From assembly GCA_963808235.1 (NCBI GenBank), contig CAWEEQ010000004.1, forward strand, positions 2,432,001-2,496,000: a DNA stretch of 64,000 nucleotides, in the 5' to 3' direction. Below are positions 29,513 to 39,032 of this stretch, piece after piece. The notes under the pieces were generated by a model. The model saw only the letters and a list, made by a program, of their open reading frames with translations. It ran no database searches and was not told where the DNA came from. The DNA is from an uncultured delta proteobacterium (GTDB lineage Bacteria > Desulfobacterota > Binatia > Binatales > Binataceae). The translations under genes were made by a program, and so were the position numbers. The stretch's first letter is position 1, and every line of letters starts with the position of its first letter.

Positions 29513-29779
29513 CTATCGCTTTACGATCGTCGGTGGATTTGAATCGTCACCTTTGCGGATCGAGCGACGATAGACGAACCACGTGATTCCTCCAATCGCC
29601 GCGAACGAAACGTACGGTGATGCCAGCATGAATAGCACGCTGGCCTTGTACGCGTTGAACGCGTGATCGCCCGACGACAGTCCGCAAGTCGCGCACGCGT
29701 TTGCGATTCGCGGAGACGCCGCGAAAAGCGCACTTACTATCGCCATCACCGCAGCATTGAGCTTTCCACTTTTAATCAT
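29513..29779 (-). CDS. Small oxidase-associated membrane protein with CxxC
   Basis: Signal peptide, then ACATC, then one TM helix; inside the cox operon. Confidence 0.7.
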   Translation of the reverse strand: MIKSGKLNAAVMAIVSALFAASPRIANACATCGLSSGDHAFNAYKASVLFMLASPYVSFAAIGGITWFVYRRSIRKGDDSNPPTIVKR

Positions 29780-29801
29780 CGCGTTCCTCTCACCCGCCAA
29801 A

Positions 29802-30471
29802 CTACATTAGATATACCAGTCCAAACAGGACCGGCCAGACTGCGCAGACGAAAAACCAGTATACCGCGCAGAGCTCGATTCCACTCGAGTTGCGGGCATT
29901 GTAACGCCCGCGCATCGCGGCCACGACGACGATCGAGAGCCAGATGACGCCGGCGGTGACGTGAGCGGCGTGGCATCCGATCAGAATATAAAAAAAGCTG
30001 CCGTACGAGCCGCTCGACAATTTGAGTCCGTGCGCGACCAGCCGCACCCATTCACTGCCCTGCACCGCGAGGAACGTCACCCCCAGCGCGAGCGTCGCGA
30101 GCAAGTAACGTCTGAGCAGGCGTTGGCGGCTATGATGCACCGCGCGAAGGGCCATCGAGATCGTGACCGCGCTCGCGAGCAGCACGAAAGTGTTTACCCA
30201 GGTGACCGCGATCGGCAGGCGCGGCAGACCGGGCGGCGGCCAGAACGCCGCCTGCATGCGGAAAACCAGAAACGATCCGATGAGCCCGCTGAAGAGCATC
30301 ATCTCGGTCCCGATAACCATCAGGACCGCGAGCATCGCGCTGCTGATGAACAGGCGCTCGCGCTGGTCGCCGTCGGACGTTCGAGTCGGACCCGCCTCCA
30401 CGACGCCGTATCGGCGCCACGAACGGCCGGACTTTCGCTGTCGAACTCGATGCTGTCACGTTTCGCGTCAT
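29802..30471 (-). CDS. Second cytochrome c oxidase subunit III family protein (possible +1 frameshift at ~30376)
   Basis: E.MLFSGL, NT.VLLAS, FYILIGCHAAHV, YWFFV; start is GTG 30401, or ATG 30471 if the indel is corrected. Confidence 0.85.
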
Positions 30472-30485
30472 CTGGATGCTTCTCG

Positions 30486-30608
30486 TCAATGCTTCACGAC
30501 AATCGTCACGACCGACACAACTACCAGCAGGACCATGATGCCGATCAGAATTTTAAGAGTGCGCCAGATTTCAACTTTCCGCTCTTCGCGGCTTACTAAT
30601 GTCGGCAT
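30486..30608 (-). CDS. 40-aa single-TM microprotein
   Basis: MPTLVSREERKVEIWRTLKILIGIMVLLVVVSVVTIVVKH*; fills the gap between ctaB and subunit III. Confidence 0.55.
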   Translation of the reverse strand: MPTLVSREERKVEIWRTLKILIGIMVLLVVVSVVTIVVKH

Positions 30609-30616
30609 CGTCTTAC

Positions 30617-31522
30617 TCACACTCGATCTAAAACCAATACCAGTAGCACGATTGGCAAATAGACAAGCGACGCGAGCAACAGTCTGCGCGCCGCGGTGAG
30701 ATTCTCGGGCGCACGAACCATCGCAAATCCAAACACAAGCATCGCGGCGCCGAGTGCCGTGGCAAGTATCATGTAAACGGCGCCGGTGAATCCGAGCAGT
30801 GTTGGAACAATTCCGATCGCGATTAGCCCGAGGCATCCGGCGATCACCACCGGATTCGACGGATTTCCGCCGCGCGCGGTGTCCTTCGGGAGCAGCCAGA
30901 TTCCCGCGCGGGCGTAGTCGCTGCGGTACAGGCGCGCGACCGCCATAGTGTGCGGCAACTGCCAGAGGAACATGATCGCAAACAGGATCATCGGTTCGAG
31001 CGCGAGGCTGCCACGCGCCGCGGCCCATCCCGCAACTGGAGGCAGCGCGCCGGGAATCGCGCCGACGAGGTTGCACATCCAGGTGTAGCGCTTCATCGGC
31101 GTGTACGCGCCAAGATAAATGACGGTGACCGACGCGATCACCGCGGTGCAGAGCAGGTTCGTCGTGACTGACAAGTAGATGAAGCCTGCGACAGTCGCAC
31201 TCGCGCCGAATGCCAGCGCTTCCGCCGGCCGCATCCGCATGTCGGGGAGCGGACGATGCTGGGTGCGCTTCATCATCGCGTCGGTGTCGCGCTCGACGTA
31301 TTGATTGAGTGCGAGCGTTCCGCCGGCCGCGAGCGCGGTGCCGACGATCAGATTCAGCGCGAGGGTCACGTCAAATCCCGCACGCCCGCCGAGATAGAAG
31401 CCTGCGAGCGTCGTGACCAGAACCATCAGGACCACGCGCGCCTTGGTCAGCTCGAAATAGTCGCTCACCCGGCCGTGCGGGATAGTCAGCGCGGATTCAG
31501 CGGCCGCAACCTTAGTATTCAT
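30617..31522 (-). CDS. ctaB: Heme o synthase (protoheme IX farnesyltransferase)
   Basis: LNQYVERDTDAMMKRTQHRPLP, YTPMKR, FLWQLPH. Confidence 0.95.
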   Translation of the reverse strand: MNTKVAAAESALTIPHGRVSDYFELTKARVVLMVLVTTLAGFYLGGRAGFDVTLALNLIVGTALAAGGTLALNQYVERDTDAMMKRTQHRPLPDMRMRPAEALAFGASATVAGFIYLSVTTNLLCTAVIASVTVIYLGAYTPMKRYTWMCNLVGAIPGALPPVAGWAAARGSLALEPMILFAIMFLWQLPHTMAVARLYRSDYARAGIWLLPKDTARGGNPSNPVVIAGCLGLIAIGIVPTLLGFTGAVYMILATALGAAMLVFGFAMVRAPENLTAARRLLLASLVYLPIVLLVLVLDRV

Positions 31523-32511
31523 GCGGTCACCTGATGTTCCATGGCGCGGCGCGCGTGCGCACGCGACTCGATCGCATCAGCGCGATGCGGAACTCCGAGA
31601 ATGCGATATGCGCGAAGCGTAAGCGTGAGGCTGGTCGCGAGCACTGCCGCACCGATCGCGACGTGGCTGGTCGTGATGAGCACGTTGCGCCCGCTCCAAA
31701 TGGTCATCGCGCCAAGACAAATCTGCCCGACCAGCAGGATGAACAATCCGAGCGCCGGCCGGCGAAGCGCGACGACCTCGCGATGCGTTCTGAGGACGCG
31801 CGCGACGGTCCACAGAACCATCGCGGTGACGACGATCGCGCCGCACCGATGCGCAAAGTTGATCGCGATGAACTGGTTGAAGAACGGCGGGACGATTTGG
31901 CCAAACGAAAGTGGAAAGTCGGGAATCACAAGGCCCGCACTCATGTGCCGCATCACGGCGCCGATCAGAATCTGTGTATAAATAACGACCGTCGTCGCTG
32001 CGGCCAGAGTAGGCAGTGCGATTCGCGCCGGCGCCTCATCGAGGTGCGGAGTCGTTTCCCATCGAGGATTCGTAAAAATAGCGATCGAAACCATCAGGCA
32101 GAACAGCGCCTGCGCGGTTGCGGCGTGCGCGACCGCGATCGCGAGCGGCAACTCGAGCAACACCGTGATTCCGCCGAGGATCGCCTGCACGATGATCAGT
32201 CCAAAACTGATGAATACGAGTTGACGGACCCATCGTCGCGGCTCCGCGCGCCACGCCCACGCCATCAGCATCAGCGTGAGAATCACCACGGTGCCGGCGG
32301 CGAGGCGATGACCGAACTCGAAGCGGATACCCCCTTCCCACGCCGGGATTAGCTTGCCGAACGCGAGCGGCCAGTCCGGCACCGCGAGCGCGGAGCCGGT
32401 CGAGGTGACGAGACCGCCGACGAAAATCAGACCAAAGGTGGCGCACGCGGTCAGCACCGCAAAACGATGCAGCGCGCGCCCATTCTCACGATCGACTGGA
32501 AACTGATTCAT
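31519..32511 (-). CDS. ctaA: Heme A synthase (COX15/CtaA)
   Basis: GGLVTSTGSALAVPDWP, EFGHR, QAILGG, FAHR. Confidence 0.93.
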   Translation of the reverse strand: MNQFPVDRENGRALHRFAVLTACATFGLIFVGGLVTSTGSALAVPDWPLAFGKLIPAWEGGIRFEFGHRLAAGTVVILTLMLMAWAWRAEPRRWVRQLVFISFGLIIVQAILGGITVLLELPLAIAVAHAATAQALFCLMVSIAIFTNPRWETTPHLDEAPARIALPTLAAATTVVIYTQILIGAVMRHMSAGLVIPDFPLSFGQIVPPFFNQFIAINFAHRCGAIVVTAMVLWTVARVLRTHREVVALRRPALGLFILLVGQICLGAMTIWSGRNVLITTSHVAIGAAVLATSLTLTLRAYRILGVPHRADAIESRAHARRAMEHQVTA

Positions 32512-32530
32512 TCGAGCTTGGTGCGAATAC

Positions 32531-34285
32531 CTAATCCGCCGCGGCGGTCGAGTGCTCGATCAACTGCGACTGCGGCAGGAAATCCTCCGCGACCTCGGGC
32601 GAGCTGTACTCGTACGGTCCACGGTAAACGACCGGCACTGTGCCCGGCCAGTTGCCATGCGGCGGAGGTGACGGCGTCGTCCACTCCAGTGTATTTGCGT
32701 TCCACGGATTCTCGGGTGCCTTCGCGCCCTTGAAGTAGCTCCAGATGATGTTGGCCAGAAACAGGAACTGCGCGGAGCCGAGCACGAACGCGCTGATCGA
32801 AATAAATTCGTTGATTCCGATGATCGGCTTCAAAAAATCGTATTGCTGGGGATTGTAAATGCGGCGCATGTGACCCGCCATCCCCAGGATGTGCATCGGG
32901 AAGAAGGTGCAATTGAACGCGACGAAGGTAATCCAGAAATGGACCTTAGCAAGCGTCTCGCTCATCATGCGCCCGAACATCTTTGGATACCAATAGGTAA
33001 TGCCGGCGAAGATTCCGAACAGGCTACCGCCGAATAGTACGTAGTGGATATGCGCGACGATGAAGTAAGTATCGTGGATATACATATCCACCGGCGTGGA
33101 CGCCATCCAGATTCCCGACAGGCCGCCGATTACGAACATCGAGACGAACGCCAGCGCGTTCATCATCGCGGCCGTGTAATGGATGTTCCCTTTGTAGAGC
33201 GTGCCGAGCCAGTTGAAGGTCTTAATCGCCGACGGCACTCCGATCACCATCGTCGTGATCATGAAGCTGCTGCCGAGCGCGGGATCCATCCCGGACTGGA
33301 ACATGTGATGACCCCAGACGATCCACGAAAGGAACGCGATCGCGATCATCGCGTAGGCCATCGCGCGATAACCGAAGATCGGCTTGCGCGAGAATGTCGA
33401 GATCACGTCCGACGCAATTCCCATCCCGGGCAGGATCATGATGTACACTTCCGGGTGGCCGAAGAACCAGAACAAATGCTGCCAGAGAAGCGGCTCGCCG
33501 CCGCCTGAGGGCAGAAAGAAATGCGTGCCGCCCATCCGATCGAACAGCAACAACGCCAGCGCCGTGGTCAGCACCGGCAGCGCCAGCAGAAGCAGGATCG
33601 CGGTGATGAACAGCGACCAGATCACCAGCGGCATGCGGAAGAAGTACATCCCCTTGGTGCGCATGTTGATGATGGTCGTGATGTAGTTGATCGAGCCCAT
33701 CAACGACGACGCGCCGAGCACGATCAGACTGATGCACCACAAATCCTGGCCCCAATCGACGCCGGTGTAGAGAGGCACCGCGCTCAGCGGCGCATACGAG
33801 GTCCATCCCGCCGCAGCCGGACCGGCGGGCACGAAGAACGACGAGAGGATCAGCACGCCGGCGACCGCGCCGACCCAGAACGACAGCATGTTGAGCTTCG
33901 GAAAGGCCATGTCGCGCGCGCCGATCATCAACGGGATCAGGAAGTTGCCGAAGCATCCGACCAGGATCGGCATCACCACGAAGAAGATCATGATCGTGGC
34001 GTGCATCGTGAGCATGGAATTGTAGATGTTGGGGGTGATGGCGCTGTCGCTTTGCAGAAATGAAGGGAAGTAGGCGAGGAACTTCCACTGTTCGTCGGGG
34101 AAGGCGAGGTCGAGCCGCATCAGCATCGCCATCAGTCCGCCGATCGACATCATGAACAGCGCCATGAACAGGAACTGGCGCCCGATCATCTTGTGATCGG
34201 TGGAAAAGATGTAGGTTCGGATGAAGCCGAGCTCATGATGCTCCGCGTGCGCGCCGTGACCCGCAACCGCTGCCGTACTGCTCAT
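32531..34285 (-). CDS. ctaD: Cytochrome c oxidase subunit I, A1 type
   Basis: DHKMIG, HATIM, WFFGHPEVY, VWGHH, AHIHY. Confidence 0.97.
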   Translation of the reverse strand: MSSTAAVAGHGAHAEHHELGFIRTYIFSTDHKMIGRQFLFMALFMMSIGGLMAMLMRLDLAFPDEQWKFLAYFPSFLQSDSAITPNIYNSMLTMHATIMIFFVVMPILVGCFGNFLIPLMIGARDMAFPKLNMLSFWVGAVAGVLILSSFFVPAGPAAAGWTSYAPLSAVPLYTGVDWGQDLWCISLIVLGASSLMGSINYITTIINMRTKGMYFFRMPLVIWSLFITAILLLLALPVLTTALALLLFDRMGGTHFFLPSGGGEPLLWQHLFWFFGHPEVYIMILPGMGIASDVISTFSRKPIFGYRAMAYAMIAIAFLSWIVWGHHMFQSGMDPALGSSFMITTMVIGVPSAIKTFNWLGTLYKGNIHYTAAMMNALAFVSMFVIGGLSGIWMASTPVDMYIHDTYFIVAHIHYVLFGGSLFGIFAGITYWYPKMFGRMMSETLAKVHFWITFVAFNCTFFPMHILGMAGHMRRIYNPQQYDFLKPIIGINEFISISAFVLGSAQFLFLANIIWSYFKGAKAPENPWNANTLEWTTPSPPPHGNWPGTVPVVYRGPYEYSSPEVAEDFLPQSQLIEHSTAAAD

Positions 34286-34336
34286 CTTGGAATATCTCCT
34301 ACGCGCGCCGTGCCGGTTCGTTAGATTCCGGCCCCA

Positions 34337-35002
34337 CTACTTGTTCTCTGCGTATTTGTCTTTGAGCCACTTGTCGAAATCCGCCTGCGACTCAACGGTC
34401 AAGGTGCCCTTCATGCCCGAATGCCCGAAGCCGCAGAGCTCCGCGCAGGGAATTTCGTATTGCCCGGTTTCGGTCGCCTCGAACCAGACGTGGATCAGGC
34501 GGCCCGGAACCGCGTCCTGCTTAAGCCGCATGTTGGGGACGAAGAAACTATGGATGACATCCTTTGAGGTCAGATCGATTCGCGCCACTTGATTGACCGG
34601 GACATGCATTTCGTTTTCAACGGTGATCGCGTCCTTGCCAAACTTACCGTCCGGGCCTGCGTATGTGATCTCCCAATTGAACTGCTTGGCATTGACCTTA
34701 TAGAAGACCTGCCCCGGCGGCCCGTGCTCCTTGATGTCGGCCCAGGTCGAGCGGCTCATGAACGCGAGGATCACCAGGATGACCGCGGTCGCCGTCGTCC
34801 ATACGATCTCAAGCCGCGTGTTGCCCTCGATATATTCAGCCTTGCGCCCGGGCCGGGTGCGATAGCGGATCATGAAGATCACCATCGCGACCATCACGGC
34901 GATCCAGACGGCCATGACGATCCAGAAGATCAGCTCGAAGAGCCAATCGATCTGCGGACCGAAGGTCGATATGTCGTGCGGAAAATACAGATGCTCGAGC
35001 AT
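34337..35002 (-). CDS. ctaC: Cytochrome c oxidase subunit II (CuA, no fused cytochrome c)
   Basis: DVIHSF, CAELCGFGHSGM. Confidence 0.96.
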   Translation of the reverse strand: MLEHLYFPHDISTFGPQIDWLFELIFWIVMAVWIAVMVAMVIFMIRYRTRPGRKAEYIEGNTRLEIVWTTATAVILVILAFMSRSTWADIKEHGPPGQVFYKVNAKQFNWEITYAGPDGKFGKDAITVENEMHVPVNQVARIDLTSKDVIHSFFVPNMRLKQDAVPGRLIHVWFEATETGQYEIPCAELCGFGHSGMKGTLTVESQADFDKWLKDKYAENK

Positions 35003-35358
35003 TAAATCGTGACCTCGTCACCTCGAAAGTCGCAAGCGCAAGTACCGGAGACGCGTTCGCCGCGCCGACTTAACAGGCCCACAGCGCGCCTCAACGCCTC
35101 CCGATCAACAGATTTGGCGTGATTATGCGCATCGGCCCGTCGATTAGTGAAATGAAAAATCTTAGTCCACCGCCACAACCCCAGCTTAATTTCACCGCCG
35201 TCATGACGCTCACATTTCGCCAATAATTTCAAGCGTTTCGCACCGTCTCCGCGCAGATCTTTCCATCCGCATCCGTTTCGAGATTGGCGGCGACAACGGT
35301 TTGGGCTAGAAGGGCTAGAGATGCGAGAACATGCAGGAGTGGGAGGTCTATTCCGGCT

Positions 35359-37146
35359 ATGCCTGATCGCGCGGCGACATTAGCGCAATCCTTTGAAGCC
35401 CAGGCGCGGAAATACGGCTCGCGCGTCTTCTTGAAGGACAAACGCGACCGCAAGTGGACCGACCACTCGTGGACCGAGATCGCCGACACCGCGGGGAAAC
35501 TCCGCGCCGGACTCGCGAACCTGGGCGTCAAGCACGGCGATCGAGTCGCGATTCTCTCCGACAACTGCCCCGAATGGATCGTCGTCGATCAAGCCGTGCT
35601 CGGACTCGGCGCCGTCGTGGTGCCGCTCTACACGACCAGCGGACTCGAAGAGACCGCGCACGTGATCAACGACTCGGGCGCGAAGATCGTCGCGGCGAAC
35701 GGGCCCGAGATGATCGACAAGATCGCCGGCCTCAAGAGCTCGATGCCCGAGGTGACCGACATCCTCGCGATGCATGGCGGCGCCGAAACCGCGCCTGCGG
35801 CGAACGGCTCGGCCGCGGTACGGACGATTGCGTCGGTGATGGGCGACGCGCCGGCTGCGATCGCGGAGGGCAGACGCGACGACCTGGCGACCATTATCTA
35901 CACCTCGGGCACCACCGGCACGTCGAAGGGCGTGATGCTTTCCCACGGCAACATCCTTTCCAACGGCGACGACGCGCTGACCGTGCTGGGTCTGGGTGAG
36001 ACCGACATGACGCTCTCGCATCTGCCGATCGCGCATTCGTTCGAACGCACCGCCGGCTACTACACGGTCGCGATGGCCGGCGGAACGATCGCGTTTGCGG
36101 AGAGCCTGGGGCAGATCGCATCGAACCTTACTGAAGTCGAGCCGACCGTGGTGCTCACCGTGCCGCGTCTGCTTGAAGTGATCCATGGCCGCGTGATGCG
36201 CACGGTCGAGACCTCGCCGCCGATGCGCCAGCGGCTGTTCAAGCTCGCGCTCTCGACCGGCGAGGAGGCAGCGCACTATCGGCATCGCGGGCAACCGGTC
36301 CCCGCTCATCTCGCGCTCGGGATGGCGTTATTTCGGCGCCTCGTGTTCGCGCGAATCCGCGCAATTTTCGGGACCAAAATGCGCTATCTGATCTCAGGCG
36401 GCGCGCCACTGCCGAGCGAGATCAACCGGTTCCTCGCGGCGGCCGAAGTCCCAATCGTCGAAGGTTACGGGCTGACCGAGGCGGCGCCGGTCGTCGCATG
36501 CAATCTGCACAACGGCAAAACCAGAATCGGCAGCGTCGGCCGCCCGCTCCCGCATATCGAGGTCGAAACTGCGCCCGACGGCGAGTTGCTGCTGCGCGGT
36601 CCAAACGTGATGAAGGGTTATTACAAGCTCGAGGCGGAGACGAAGGAGGCGATCGACGAAAACGGATGGCTGCACACCGGCGACATCGCGAAGATCGACG
36701 CCGAGGGCTATATCTCGATCACCGACCGCAAGAAGGAGATCATCGTGCTATCGGGCGGCAAAAACATCTCGCCCGCATACGTCGAGAGCAAGCTCACCGC
36801 CGACAAGTTCATCAGCCAGGCCTGCGTCATCGGCGATCGCAAAAAGCATCTCGCGGCGCTGGTGGTGCCAGACTACGAAAACCTGGTGGATTTTCTAAGC
36901 GAGAATAAACTCGATCCGAAAAATTCCACCGAGCTCGGCAAATCACAAGCGCTGAGAAAGCTGGTCCAGGAGCGAATCCGCGAGATCAACAAGCAACTCT
37001 CGGACGTGGAGGCGATCGCGGCTTTCACGATCGTGCCGCAACCCTTCACCCAGGAGAACGGCGAGCTGACGCCATCACTAAAGGTGCGTCGCAAGATAGT
37101 GCAGTCGCACTTCAAGGATCAGATCGATTTGATGTTCGGCGATTAA
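35359..37146 (+). CDS. fadD: Long-chain fatty acid-CoA ligase
   Basis: YTSGTTGTSKG, GYGLTE, WLHTGDI, DRKKE, LTPSLK. Confidence 0.94.
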   Translation: MPDRAATLAQSFEAQARKYGSRVFLKDKRDRKWTDHSWTEIADTAGKLRAGLANLGVKHGDRVAILSDNCPEWIVVDQAVLGLGAVVVPLYTTSGLEETAHVINDSGAKIVAANGPEMIDKIAGLKSSMPEVTDILAMHGGAETAPAANGSAAVRTIASVMGDAPAAIAEGRRDDLATIIYTSGTTGTSKGVMLSHGNILSNGDDALTVLGLGETDMTLSHLPIAHSFERTAGYYTVAMAGGTIAFAESLGQIASNLTEVEPTVVLTVPRLLEVIHGRVMRTVETSPPMRQRLFKLALSTGEEAAHYRHRGQPVPAHLALGMALFRRLVFARIRAIFGTKMRYLISGGAPLPSEINRFLAAAEVPIVEGYGLTEAAPVVACNLHNGKTRIGSVGRPLPHIEVETAPDGELLLRGPNVMKGYYKLEAETKEAIDENGWLHTGDIAKIDAEGYISITDRKKEIIVLSGGKNISPAYVESKLTADKFISQACVIGDRKKHLAALVVPDYENLVDFLSENKLDPKNSTELGKSQALRKLVQERIREINKQLSDVEAIAAFTIVPQPFTQENGELTPSLKVRRKIVQSHFKDQIDLMFGD

Positions 37147-38056
37147 TAGCGTGCGCTGCCGCCGAGCCGGCCGTCACCACATCACCGCCTCCGCCGCCGT
37201 CTAATTCCGCCAAGGTTTGGGGCGACAGTGTCAACTGGCCTGCGGCTAGGTTCTCGCGGAGGTGGCCGAGCGACGACGTGCCAGGAATCAATAGAATGTT
37301 GGACGACCGATGTAGCAGCCACGCCAGCGCGACCTGTATCGGCGTGGCCCCGAGTCGGCCCGCGACCGACGCCAGCGTTGACGACTGCAGCGGCGAGAAT
37401 CCACCGAGCGGGAAGAACGGCACGTACGCGATGCCCTGCCGGGCCAAGTCGTCGATCAGGGCGTCGTCGTGGCGGTGGACCAGGTTATAGTTGTTCTGCA
37501 CGCACACGATGTCGGTGATCGCATTCGCCTCGGCCACTTGAGACGCAGTGACGTTGCTCAGGCCGATGTGGCGGATAAGGCCCTTGCGCCGCAGCTCGGC
37601 CAGAACCGTCACCTGCTCGGCGATCGACCCCTCCGCGGGAGCGTGGACCAACCCCATCACGCGGTAATTGACGATGTCGAGCGCGTCGATGCCCAAGTTG
37701 CGGAGGTTGTCGTGAACGCCGGCGGTCAGTTCCTGGGGCGAGATAGCCGGCTGCCACGACTGGTCGGGCGGGCGGCGAGCCCCGAGCTTGGTGACGATCA
37801 TCAGTCCAGCCGGGTACGGGTGCAGCGCCTGCCGAATAATCTGGTTGGTGATGTGCGGGCCGTAGTAGTCGCTGGTGTCGATATGGTTCACGCCGGCCGC
37901 GACGGCCTCGCGGAGGACAGCGATCGCACCGTCGGGGTCTTTGGGCGGGCCCCACACGCCCGGCCCGGCCAGCTGCATCGCGCCGTAGCCAATCCGTTGG
38001 ACCGTCAGTGACGTGCCGGGGAACGTGAACCGGCCGCCGAGCGTCGCTTCACTCAT
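37112..38056 (-). CDS. Aldo/keto reductase
   Basis: IGYGAMQL, IDTSDYYG, IGLSN, LLIPGT; AAGGAG SD. Confidence 0.94.
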   Translation of the reverse strand: MSEATLGGRFTFPGTSLTVQRIGYGAMQLAGPGVWGPPKDPDGAIAVLREAVAAGVNHIDTSDYYGPHITNQIIRQALHPYPAGLMIVTKLGARRPPDQSWQPAISPQELTAGVHDNLRNLGIDALDIVNYRVMGLVHAPAEGSIAEQVTVLAELRRKGLIRHIGLSNVTASQVAEANAITDIVCVQNNYNLVHRHDDALIDDLARQGIAYVPFFPLGGFSPLQSSTLASVAGRLGATPIQVALAWLLHRSSNILLIPGTSSLGHLRENLAAGQLTLSPQTLAELDGGGGGDVVTAGSAAAHAINRRTSNRSDP

Positions 38057-38098
38057 GGTATTGCTCCTTTCCAGTGCTGATATGAGCAAGAGTACGCG

Positions 38099-38141
38099 AA
38101 GGATGAGATCGATTCAGATCCATTCGATGTACGACGACTGA
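38099..38141 (+). repeat. Degenerate duplicate of the fadD 3' end (att-like scar)
   Basis: aaggatgagatcgatt matches 37114-37129 at 15/16; tcagatccattcgatgtacgacgactga matches 37119-37146 at 22/28. Confidence 0.6.
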
Positions 38142-38161
38142 ATGCGCGGGAGTCGAGCCGG

Positions 38162-38656
38162 TTACTTCGTCCCGTTTTCGGCTGCCAGCACTGCGTGAAT
38201 CGTGATGAGCTTCTTCACCATGTAGGCGCGCTTGCCTTTGGGCGTGACGACTTCGATATCGTCCTGCTCCGCTTTGCCGATTAGCGCGCGCCCGAGCGGT
38301 GACGACAACGAGATCCGATTCTGTGCGCCGTCCACTTCTTCCGGCACCACTATCTCGAAGTCGGCGACGCCGCCCTCGTCAAGATCCTCGAGCTTCACGC
38401 GGCTGCCGAGCCCAACGGTATCGCGCGGAATCGTTTCGAGGTCGATCATCGTCAGCTCCGCGATTCGCGCCTCGAGATTATTCACCCGCGCGCGCAGGAA
38501 TTCCTGGCGCTGCTTCGCCATCGCCCATTCCGCATTCTCCGACAGGTCGCCGTGAGCGCGCGCGCGCTCGAGCTCCTTGGGCAGGTCCACGGTCAGTTCG
38601 CGCTTGAGCGTCTCGAGGTCTTTTCTAAGGCGTTTGATTACGGGTAGTTCAGCCAT
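38162..38656 (-). CDS. greA: Transcription elongation factor GreA
   Basis: AHGDLSENAE and ISLSSPLGRALIGK. Confidence 0.93.
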   Translation of the reverse strand: MAELPVIKRLRKDLETLKRELTVDLPKELERARAHGDLSENAEWAMAKQRQEFLRARVNNLEARIAELTMIDLETIPRDTVGLGSRVKLEDLDEGGVADFEIVVPEEVDGAQNRISLSSPLGRALIGKAEQDDIEVVTPKGKRAYMVKKLITIHAVLAAENGTK

Positions 38657-38740
38657 CTCTATACGGTCTTCCTGAATTCAACTCTGACTTTAAGTCTATA
38701 CCATCCGACACCCCGGTGAGCGGGCATCTCTTTTACCGCG

Positions 38741-38974
38741 CTAGTCCGCGACGATCGAAGTCAGGCTCCGATTCACCCCGGGCACGCTCTGAATTTTCTG
38801 CACCACCAGCTCGCCGAGCGAGGTCACGTCGTGCGCCTCGGCGATCGCGATAATATCGTGCGGGCCCGTGACCGCATGCGCGACCGAAACACCGCCCACG
38901 GCGCGAATCTTGGCCGCGACATCGCGCGCTTTTCCCGGCGACGTGTCGATCAAAATGAATGCCTTCACCGACAT
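38741..38974 (-). CDS. Stand-alone Lrp/AsnC ligand-binding domain protein
   Basis: AFILI...VTGPHDII...IQSVPGVNRSLTSIV; no HTH. Confidence 0.88.
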   Translation of the reverse strand: MSVKAFILIDTSPGKARDVAAKIRAVGGVSVAHAVTGPHDIIAIAEAHDVTSLGELVVQKIQSVPGVNRSLTSIVAD

Positions 38975-39032
38975 AATGTTTTCCTCCCGGCGCGCGTCGC
39001 GCCATCAGGTTCCCCGCCGCCGTCGCGGGCAT

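Noticed and set aside
35106-35133. dif-like site (GATGCGCATAA on minus, XerC-arm-like)
   Set aside because: No XerD arm after a 6-bp spacer
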